From assembly GCA_051294905.1 (NCBI GenBank), contig CM119372.1, positions 12,712,001-12,772,000 on the forward strand: DNA of 60,000 nt, given 5' to 3'. This DNA comes from Botryllus schlosseri (Eukaryota). Positions 11,794 to 23,700 of this stretch are shown here, in pieces. The notes below the pieces were generated by a model. That model saw only the letters and a list, made by a program, of their open reading frames with translations. It was not told where the DNA came from and did not search any database. A program made the position numbers and the translations under genes. Each line of letters begins with the position of its first letter. Within the stretch, counting starts at the first letter, position 1.

Positions 11794-14700
11794 CTCATGT
11801 TCGTGGCAGCCACATATCCAGTGAAGGCAGCGGGAGCTACGGGGTTGATCGACGATGGTTTTATACCGGATGGCGCAATATCGCCGTCGAGGGGGGACCA
11901 ATTTTACCCCGAGTACCCTGATGAAGACTCTACTGACAGCGGTGGTGTATACGATATCGCTGGTGCAGACTCTACAGACAATTGTACGTTACAGTATTTA
12001 TCGTATCACTGAATACCACTCAGAATAAAACGATCATGTCTATTGCAAGGCACCAATGGAATCACCGAAGAGCTGCACGCATACGATGCAGAACTGCAGA
12101 CGCTTTTCGGCTCCGATACTTTGGTTCAAAACGATGTATTTAAACACCTCGAAGAAAGTCACAAATACTGGGACTACGTGACAGTGAAATATCACGTCGA
12201 ATCGGCTCAAGTCGAGTCAAAAAGGAATAGTGGAGAGGGCGCCGAGGAACTGCAGGAGGTTCTAAACATTCTAGATAGGGGCATGGACTGTAAAAAGGCG
12301 TCGACGAAGCAACACACACTGACGGGGAGGTTGATCACGGAAGGGTGAGCTTGACTGATTGATCTTGTACTGATAACAGAAACTAAATTTTCGGGCGATA
12401 CGAGACACTCTAGACGCGGAGTTGAGTTATCATGCTTACCCACAATTATCACCCAAACAAGCGATTATGATCTATCCGTAGGCGGTCAGCAACAACGCAC
12501 TTTTACTGTTTCAGAGTAGCCAAGTAGGTTTTGCCTATACTTGATTACTTACTCAAGTGTCTTGTGGTTTTACACTACTCCCACATCTACTTCACAACTT
12601 CGTAGGCAAACCTATACTTTCTGTTTACATTGTGGTTTGCATTTTGGTAATTCTCGGCAATTTCGGAAGTATTAACCTTCGATGAATACAACCAATCCAC
12701 CGAACCTAATTTTTGAACGACTTGAGTACTGTCAAATCCTTCAATTTCGGCTTCCACTGAAAGTAGTTTTGACATTTGGAAATAGCCTTTTCCACTTGTA
12801 ACTGTGTAGAAATTTACGGCGTTACTTATCGACTTCTCTGGAGTACCAACGCCGACTACTTTGATCCATCGCACCACGCTAGCATTGTATGTTGATCTTC
12901 GAGGAGTCAAAAACTGGGTTTCCACTTTATTCTTGACAATTTTAAAAGCTGTATATCTGTCTAACTATGTAACTATTTTTTCACGCAGAGCGGCATTGTC
13001 AGAGGTGGTGTCCGCGAACGAGACTATGCATATGATCACTTATTTGCATGACGCGAAGGGACTGAATGAAGCGTGTACGGATTATGCTGATTGTTTGGTA
13101 ACAACATGGATGAGAATCGTGACGGACTGCGCCGATTCACAAATTAAGCGGCATATGAGGACTCTGGCTAATATTATCATGGTAACGTTGCAAAATTCAT
13201 TGAATGCACGTTTACTGCTGTCGTCAGCAACTGTCGCTAAGGCCAGTTATATCAGAAAATAGAGATATAATTTCATCTCAGTAGACGGCCTTTACGCTTC
13301 GCGGAAAGAAAGTCTTATTGGTCTCGAATCCTATCAGATCAACAGAGCTTCAAGTTGCTATATACAATCCACCGGTCTGTTCTGCTGTCAGATTCTGTGC
13401 AATATCTCTGTGGGCCTACCTCAGACTGAAATAGTATTGCGGCATCGTTGAAGTTTGAATTGAAATCTGCCCAACATTCCACATCAATACCTTGCTCTAG
13501 GTCAGGGGTGTCAAACATTCGGCCCGCCAGACGATTTCTTCTGGCCCGCGAAGCAATTCTGAGTAGATTGAAAATTTCTTATATCTTACAGCACATTTAT
13601 AACAAATGTTGAGATTATTTGCAGAAATACTTCCATGTTCTAGTTCCCATTATAACCACCCGACTACGGCGCTACGTTTTCACTCTAGTTACCACTAGTA
13701 GCAAGTCGGTGAAATAGACCCCCAATTTCAGGAAGGAAAAATGTGCACAATAAGTTTAGTGTTTTATAGAAATATGGACCAAAATTTAGTTATTCCCAGA
13801 AGCGAAAACCCCAATTTCGGCTGTTATGTTTAGTTTACATGGAACATATATAAGTTGAAAAAATATTTTATATCTATGGTCGAACTGCTCTGTCAGTTTC
13901 GACTCAATTGATCCCCAGACCCCGGTATAGTAATAAAAAATCAAATTTCAACTTCCGCGTTGTGTTCCTCACAACGCTTATATGCAAGGCTAACGCCAGA
14001 TTACGACGAAATCAAAGGGAGCATATAATATGCCAACTTATATCGTCGGTAACGCCATTGTTTTAGCGGGTCTTAACTCTATTCAAACGGACAATTTTTG
14101 CCAATTCCATTCATTGTTCGCAACTACAGGTGTTGTGACCTGCTACTTAAAAACCCTATGATCAGTGTATTATCTATGAATATATATGGTTTTAAGTTTT
14201 AAGGTATTCAAGTGAAAAGCAAGACTACAAGGTAACATTTTAGAATCACTTGACTGGCCCGGCCCGCGAGCGATTTGAAGGCTTGAATCCGGCCCGCGAC
14301 GCAATTTGAGTTTGACACCCTTGCTCTAGGTTGTGTCCAGGGTTGGTAAAATCCGACGTTGTAATATTACAATCGTTCGATTATATATTTTCATCCGCTA
14401 AAGACGCACAATGCACACTGTACAGTGCGATAAACAAGACAAAATGAGGCTGGCAACGGATAGGTCAGGATATCCGCATTTTCCGCGCACTACATCACAT
14501 CAACGTGTTGACAGTGTATCGTCTACCACACAGGCGATGCAGACATCAAGCAGAGACGAAGCGGAAGAAGAGGACAGGGCGAAGATTCTGACTCTTTTGT
14601 CCACGAAAGTTAACAGAATTTTCACCATGAAAACTCTCGGCGGAATTCAACAGCTTCAGGACTTGCTTACTCAATCCGTTATATGTCCGTCGACCAGGTA

Positions 14701-17700
14701 GCGCGATACGACGTTTTTGATAAACTGTAACGAAAGGCTAAGAATTCATTCTTCCACTGACCACTTTACTCTGTAATTCCATCTAGCACTGATACAACTG
14801 TGAGAATCTTCGTACGTGTCAGTATCGTCTGAATGAAAGCTATTTTTCTTTGCAATTTCAGCCTTGAATCCATCCAAAGAGTGATGTCAGGTATATCCCA
14901 AGGCAGTATGAATTTGGATAGTTCAGATGACATGCAGACATTCGTGGACTTACAAAAAGACCTAATGTCAATTTCGAGCACCGTGGTCCATAGCATTGAG
15001 CCGGATTCAGTAAGAGTGATAGGAACGATAACCGGAACAGATATGGGGGAGGCGATATTATCGTCCTACATTGAAATGGCGAATAAAGCTATGAGTCCTG
15101 AAAAAGCGAATGTTTGGGCGAAAGTAAGTAGATCCATATACCGTCTTCTGTATCAGTTGTAAAACTTCGTTATAGCACTGACCAATGAGAGCAGGTATAT
15201 AAAGTTAATTTTACGCCATGACTATACTTCTACTATACTCGGACTATACTGTATCAATTTGTTGACTGCTGGCATGGCTCACTTTAGCGCTGGTCTCGTG
15301 TGAGACACTATACCTATGCAGATTGGGTCGCGAATCGCGATGAGGAGACTTGATGAACCGACCACGAATTCCAAACCGATTGGTGTCGTAACTTATCATG
15401 ACCCTGGCCTACTAAAAATGTTTTTAGTAGGCCATGCCATGACTAATTTTCAACAATTTTCATGGAAATCAAATGAAGTAACTTTGTAGTAATCGTGTAC
15501 TCAACTAATACAATTATTTCCCCGATATTACCCCTGCTATAATTACTCCAAATAAACTTAACATCGAATTATGCTGACGGGGAATAAAACAGATATGCCT
15601 AAGTAGGACGTTTTTGCACGCAGTCTGCGTCGGTGCGACTAAAATCGGTAGTGTTTATTTACTCCCAATGCAGAATAATAAATGTTTTATTGCACCTATA
15701 CTTATGCGAATCAATTTGAACTGATTGGATTCGACCATGTTAATTGCTCATGCATGCACGAAGTTTATATCTCGATTAAATATGTGCACAATTGTACATA
15801 GAAATAATACAACCAGTTCGGCACACCTGAAATATGTTCGCAAAATCGACATTGGCTTGTTCGTAAAAATGTAAGTAACCATAGACATGAAAGACTGGGT
15901 GTGATAGGCTACCGCTGTAGTATTTTTATCGTTGCTGATAAAAAAAAAACTCAAAATGTAAATATGCGATTGATGACATTATTCCCGCCATTGGCGTGAT
16001 GTCTGATGTGGTGGCGACGATGAATGTCTATCAAATGATCTTCACATGCAGATGACGATAGAAGACGCAACCGAACAACTGCATAAAATGCTGCTGAGCA
16101 ATGAGAAGTATGTCGGTGACATGTCGACAATTGTAATGCAAACTGACGACGAAAAGAATTATACTATCGACAAAGAAACCGTAACCGTTAGCTTGTCGAA
16201 GTTGAAATTAAAAGGTAAAAGAACGGCGGGTGCGATACATAGCTGCGTTAATTGTGATAAAGTAATTACCCGGACGTTACCATCTTCGAATAAAGTATGA
16301 CTGTGTTAGTGTTGATGGCAATCCGTAAGGGAATATGTAAAATGAATACAAACTCATAGATAGTAGTTGAATTGAAAGGACCAACCAACTTTTAACACCA
16401 AAAACTGCTACCGCACATTACCAGCGTGGGGATATATTACTTCAGCACGTATTTGTGTGCGAATCTCTCGTTTCCGTGTGATTTCGACACATTTTCATCG
16501 ACAAGAAAGGAAAATGCATTCGTGGTAATTGACCCGCTCTTGTACCCCAATTCTGGGTATGACCCAGCACTTATATATTTTCGTTTGTGTGTATTATCAC
16601 GCGTATTCATTGCACTCATTCATCCCCTCCCCTGTGTTATGTAAATCATAGATCTTCAGGGTCTTCTGGGCTGTCCCGTACTTGGTATTTGAGTCTGATA
16701 ATGTAAGACGAGGCCTTCAGATGTACAGGTGCATCGCGATGCTTGGAGTATGTAAATGCATTTCAACCACAATGAATGGCATAATTCTCCCAAATGACGC
16801 CATTCATGGATACGAACAGCCAACAGACCTTTATGAATACCTTTTCCTCCGCGCAAACTGCACACCGGAATTGCGTTAGACAGTAATGAGGTTAACCTGC
16901 ATGGCTTGTGAATGTTTCGTATCTAATTTATTGGAATGCATACCGCGTCACCATAAACGGTAATGCCATCGTATTTACGTATATTATTCGAAGCGTTTGT
17001 TATGATTTATATATATCGGGAATTTAATATGGTGCATACTTTCTCTACAAGTGAAGACATATTACATACCTCTTGAAATTACCAAAGCCCTTCTGATTGG
17101 TGTGTAGTGCAGTGCTCCACCTTCAGTGTTCATCCGTAACAATTTATGAAAATTTGATCCAGATGTATTGTACTGGATATTAATACGCATATAATCTCGT
17201 TCAGATAACGCAAGCCACGCGGAATTCCAGTACGAAGACACACTCATAAAAACAGACAGTCTAGATTTACTGAATCCATCAGCTGGCGACGATTTGAGAG
17301 GTTTGAATGCTTAACCCAGTATTTTTCATCAACCTTTGTTGCGCCGCGGAATACTCAATGCAGTAAGAAATCTCGCAGAACACCAAACGAAAAGCTACTA
17401 TGAAGCGATAAAAATGTAACGGAAAAATTAACACACCATCAGTTTCGTTATGTGTGATATCTGGACTTTTTCGGAGATGGGACGTACAACGGATAATACA
17501 CGCACAACGATTACGTGGGATTCACTCAAGACGACAAATACTCGCACCTAGCATCGTATTCAAAACTTGGTATACAGATTTGAAGTGTAAATTTCGACAA
17601 AAAAATGTTTCCCATTCTTTTGACACATAGGATGCCAGCACGCGTATCTTTATGCTGTCCCGAAAATCCGAGATTTAATGTCATAAAGCAACATTTCATT

Positions 17701-20700
17701 GAACAAGTTTTCTGCGATCTTGTATATAGTTCTGCAAATTTCCAAAAGGGACACCTATTAAAAAGAAAGTCCCTGCTCCTGCCTTGCAAACATACCTATA
17801 CCTATATATATCCATTCATCACTGTAGCATGGTCGCGCCGAAGATAATGTGTATTGTAAGAGAAGCAATAAGGTCACAATCAGAACGCATATACTATTAT
17901 TGAGTAACGCTAAGTGAAGTAAATCATGACTTTGCTATTTATGTTTGCCGTGAAACCAATCGTTTTGGATCAGCCTTTTACACGATACCACATGGTTAAA
18001 GCATCAAATATCTCGCGGAGCGCTGATTGAAGACAAATTGGCTTAACCACGCAGTGTAGTAAGGAATGCACTTTTTAATTCAGTTTACGCACTTCGATAC
18101 AAATCTTGGACGGAAATCGTGCAAGGAGTTTTAGAGCAACATATGTCGACTCTTGAGAGTGGCGCTACGGATGCGGTTTCATCCAGGAAGAGGCGAGCCG
18201 TACAAGCCTCGGAACTGAATAACAACAGTCGCAATAAATCGTTTATCGGAAAAGGAGGAGTGGTCTCGTTATCAACTCGACAAGACGGGGTGCGGCAGTC
18301 GATTCCAGTTAAGTATTGGTAAGATTCTGTAATGTTCATTTGCTAAGATGTCTAGAGGAGCAGTGTCACAGAAGTAGGCCTACAACAGAAGTAGGATAAT
18401 AAACCTTTCAAATAACAGAAAATAGGACTAAAATAAATTGGGCTAAATTACAATTGTTTGCATTTGAGAATATTTGGAAATATTGAATGCTAGTAGTACT
18501 AAAATAGAATTGTATGAACTAACTATGGAATCGTATACTGTACAGATTTGCATACTTCATATCAGCAACCTTCTGACGGTGTTCGAGTTCAAGATAAACT
18601 GCAAGAAACCTGAACACGTTATTCAAATATTGGATATAATCGTACAGATGAGAACTAACTGTACAACTATAATGTAACTATAACGTCGTCTGCATCCTAT
18701 GGATGCTACAACGACCCGCTATTTCGAAAAAATGATTGATTGATCATTGATCCTAATACAACCAATTATTTTGACAATTTAACTCGTGAAAATGAAACAG
18801 AGGCACTCCAAAACAGCATGACAAAATTCATACCTAAACAGTATGCAAATATACGTGAAGTATAGACTGTAGGGATGGTGTGAACGTGAGGTTCACGTTC
18901 GCGTTCTGTGTGTGAACCTCGGAAATTTAGAGGTTCGCGTTCACAACAGAACCTTGGTAGGTTCTGCACTGTGAACCTTTTTCATATATTACAATTTTCA
19001 CTTCATTATAACATCTTTGGTTCATATTTATTGCATTTCAACTGCGGGCCACTCTATGCATGGCGCTGGCAGCTATAAAAATTAATACTAAACGAGCATG
19101 CACCTTGACACCTCTCAAAAGTTTTACTTGCTTTGTTACAAAAGTTTGCTCGAAATATCCAGCTTTCCGTTTGTGAATATTTAGTGACTCTCTGCTATGA
19201 GTTTGACCCGCAATCACACAACATCACGAGCGAAATACGTAGTCAGCGAATGATGCTTATTCAATCAATCAATGAGATTGATATCGTTTTCTCGTGCAAA
19301 AAATCTAGCTGGCGTACGGGGTCAATCTTGACTTCATAGCTTTACTCAGTTTACTGCATTAAAACCAAATCCTTGCGATTGAGATGATGGCTACTGCTGC
19401 ATAACTTATATATGGGGTAATATTGGTAGCAAGTATAGAAAGTAGAAACCCGCTTCACACTCTGCTCAATATCAATGTAGCGATACTCAGACGCCGAATA
19501 CATTGTCCGGTCTGGCCTATATTCCCTGGTAAGTCCTCGTTGAAATTGATGGCAAAGCGACGGAAGATATTGATTTGATAGGAGTATTATATCCTTTGAT
19601 TGCCTCAGTTGATATACGTTTAGCGATGTTTAAAACGCCAACATGGAGTTCGATGTGGCCCGAGTCGTCGCCAAGTATCGTGTACATTAATACAGGCTAT
19701 CACTTCATTGAAAGATAGGCTTGGAATTAGCAGTATGACGTCACGTGACGTCATGAGGTTCACGTTCGTGTTCACACAGAACCTTTCAAAAAGGTTCGCG
19801 TTCACACGAACCTGAACCTTTCAGAGGTTCACACCATCCCTAATAGTCTGATAGCAAAACCAGATACGTAAGAGATCCAAATAAAGGATTCTTGGAAAAC
19901 AGAGTGCTTCATTACTGCATGACCACCTCCGTAAAACGAATAGTGTGGTATTGTAACACACAGGCTCACGCTCAGTTCACATACGATGCTCACATACCTT
20001 TCACAGGATAGCGTTTGGAAGCAAAAAATCAGATTCGACCTCGCCAGACTATCAATGTTTGTCTTGCGAATATCTGGACCCCGTCACTTTGACCTGGAGG
20101 CACGAAGGCTGCTCTGTATCAGAAGTCGACGACCACGGAATAACTTGCGAATGCAACCACACGACCAACTTCGCCGCGTTTGTGATGCCCGGCGAAGCGC
20201 AGTATGAAGTGACGGAAACGATGGAATGGGTATAAGGAAATAACTAGCATTCAGCAGCACAGCTAGTACAATACCAAACATATTTTTTGCAGACGTTCGC
20301 CTTGCTGTCTTTTATTGGTTCTACGATTTCGGTGATTGGATTGGCGATGTCTTTGATCGTATTTTATCTGGTGCGGCATTTGGTAAGGAACGAACGGCTC
20401 AAGGCGCATACCCATCTGTCGATCGCTCTGCTGGCGTTGCATCTTTTATTCGTAAGTCGAACGCTTGTAAAAATTCAACGAATACCCCTAAATTCTATTC
20501 AACTCGTGCGTCAGTGTGACACAGAAGTGTTCAGTATCGTTTTTGTAGTACCAAAATAGGTTTGCCTACTTCCGACTGAACAGATTTTAGGCGAAACTAC
20601 GTACTTAGTACAGTTTGCTATTGAGACCCACTGGGTGTTTATAATCGTCGTTGATGTGTGCTTTTAGCTAATGGGCAGACTGTTCATATACGACACTGGG

Positions 20701-23700
20701 CTCTGTACCGCGACTGCCGTACTATCTCATTACTTTTTGCTGTCGGCTTTTTTCTGGATGTTGATCGAAGGAATTTTTCTGTACTTGTACGTAGTTCAGG
20801 TGAGATTGACTTTGACTTATACCCATTTGTGAATGTGGACGCACCATTAACACCAATCCCTGTGTGCATGTAGGTGTTCCTGCGTTCTCAAATAAGCAGT
20901 TACAGTTGGATGTATTTCGTGGGTTGGGCCATTCCGTTTGTGATCGTGGCGTTCTCAGCCGGATTTGGTATTCACTATGATGTCTATATTGATCGTGTAG
21001 AAGACACCCGCGCGGAAGAAGTCTGTCCCACTGGAAGTTACGCATACAAAACAGGTATAACCATGTCCGGGAGTCAAGGGGGATTGTCCAACTGCCTATT
21101 AATATCAACTGATCTATGAAGAGTTGAGATGAGAGCGTATATAGCCGCAGTCAAATCGACTGATCTCGACATCCGCGCGAATTCCTTCATTAACACTATC
21201 AACTTATCACACTAGATTCGTTTTGTTTTATTGTTGCAATGATTATTACCAATACGTAAACCCCAATTTATCGATACTGCAAACCAAACGCATCTGCCGG
21301 CTATAGTATATAGTGTTGATTCACGGCTTGAGGAAGAATACGATTGCAGGAGTGTCGTTACATCGCGACTTCCTTGTCTGTTATATATATCACGCGTCGA
21401 AATCAAGTTTCAAAACCCCATATTTACGGTGTAAGCATTGTCGCCGTCGTAAAACGGTATATCTCCAAATATGTCCGCTTTTGAATGCGTTCATTCTGCC
21501 CTATTTAAAGAAGGTTATCTGGTGAGAATAGGAAGAAATGTTATACGGGTAAGTCTCACCATAGAAAAGGCATCTGACAGTAGTATATTTATCGTAATCA
21601 TATAAATTGCTGATCCCCACACCATCCGCGGTGATATGGCATCTCATATTAACTGGTTACACCTACAGGGCCAAGCTACGCAAACTGTTGGTTGAGCTCG
21701 ACCACGGGCATGATATGGAGTTTTCTGGGACCGGCTATTGCCATCATCATATTTAACACTGTCATCATGTGCCGCACGCTTAAGGTAACGTACAACACAA
21801 CCTACACGTCCAGTATGACTTCCTTCAGAAAACGACACACGACTTCCCTTCCAGATCTGCGTAGAGAGCATGAGGAACTCCGCGAATATGAAGTCCAGAA
21901 CGAGCTCGGCCAGCTCGGTCAAGTACAATTCGTCCACGCACGACAAATCTTTCGATTCCGCGCGCAGCTACGACTCTTACAACCACCTACACGGCCAAGC
22001 CACGTCTGGGGGCGGCTACGCGGTCTCGCCCTCTCCGTGCTTGCTGCAGGTGACGACGGACGAGGAGCAATGCGAGCAGTATAACCACGGTAAAAAGAAT
22101 TTGTACTATATTCGTGTCACCGTGTCGTTACTTACACAGGCTTGCAGCACTCGTTATATGGGCTTCGGACAATTGTGAATGCATTGGATTCAAATTTATG
22201 ATTTTTAGAACTGATTGATGCATGCTATGTAAAATATGCATGGTGCGAATCCCTGTAAGGTTATGCTTCGCGTGAACACGAACTGTCATCAGAGGTTCTC
22301 CGTGATTTGAACTTGAGCATGAGCATTGAGCAAACATAGATAACTCTGCCACTGCACGAGGATATGTAGGCATGGCCAACCATGTATCAGTATTGACGGG
22401 AGCTAGTCATTCATCATATTTCTATCGAGTATAATAGCTTGGTGTCCCAGCGACATTATCAAAACTCAGTATAATATATTACGTCACAATGTATTCATAT
22501 TCATTTTGTGTTAAATTTTCTTCGCCGTCGTCGTGATGCAGTTGAATTGCAAGAAATTGTTGAACAGTCATGTAACTTTACTGGAAGTTCCTGGTATTTC
22601 ACAAGATATGTCTACAGGGTATAACCTGCCAAGGTTCGTTTGCGAATGCGAACTACATAATGGTCACGCATCTTTATTTCCAATGCGACGTGACAATGTA
22701 GAATTTCGTGTTGATAGCATTGAATTAACAGCTTTGGGTTCGGCTACCAGTCCAACAACTTATTTTTTACTTGTCGGGAACTGATGCTGATACCGAATAT
22801 TTACAGGCACAGAACATTGCGTTGACGTGACACCGAGTGAGCCCGCGAAAGATTTCAAGGAGATCGAATTGCAGCTCGACTCCGATCAGCCGAGATTCCA
22901 TTCCGTTAGCGGGGATTCCGCGAGGTATTTCGATATAGCCAAAATGTGATCGGCTAGGCCAGGGGTGGGCAAACTTTTGAGCTCGCGGGTCGCATTCAAC
23001 ATCTGAATTCATTCGCAGGCCGCACTATATAAAATTGGGATTATAAACCAAAACGCGATATTGATATTTGATTATATATGGTGAGGACATGGAGACAATC
23101 TGTGTGCTTATTTAAAACAAGCCAAATATTGCTTTTGATGATATCGTACACGCGTCAGAAACATATAGTGGCGAGATTTCATGGGCAGGCGGACCTCAAT
23201 AACCAATTTGTCAAAACTATAGAGTCAAAAGTGGGTTGGCCCGATTCTTGGAATAGGATTGAAATATAAATCTGTGAGCAGTGATCTGTTCATAGATTTA
23301 GTAATTCCACTTTTGGCTCAGTTCCAGGACACATAATGCTGACAGCATCATAACCATGTTAGCTTTAACCACGCTTCTACTATGTGTAGATAAAATATAA
23401 ATACCCTCATTCTACGCAAACAGACAACGAATGTACCTAAGATACGCCCGAATCGGTTTTTAATAAGCACATCACTGAATTAATTAAAAATGAAGTGGGT
23501 AATCTGAAATCCCACTGGTGATCCAAATTATGTCAATCTCGTTGCAGCTATCCTGCTGTGATACCAAGTATTTACCTTAGATCAGTGGTTCTCAAACTTT
23601 TTAAGACACGCCCCGACCCCTTATGATGGTCAAAGATTTCGCGCGCCCCTTATCGTCACATCACAAAACGCAACCAGGATAACCAGGATGCTAGCAATCT

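Noticed and set aside
16652..17099. Extra phase-1 mini-exons in the GAIN region (16652..16684; ~17051..17099)
   Set aside because: Splice sites are weak and the model is in phase without them; cannot be supported without cDNA.
21692..22084. 130-aa ORF as a single coding exon
   Set aside because: It reads through the 21785..21854 intron. The spliced frame switches to ICVESMRNS… and only that frame connects in phase to TM6.
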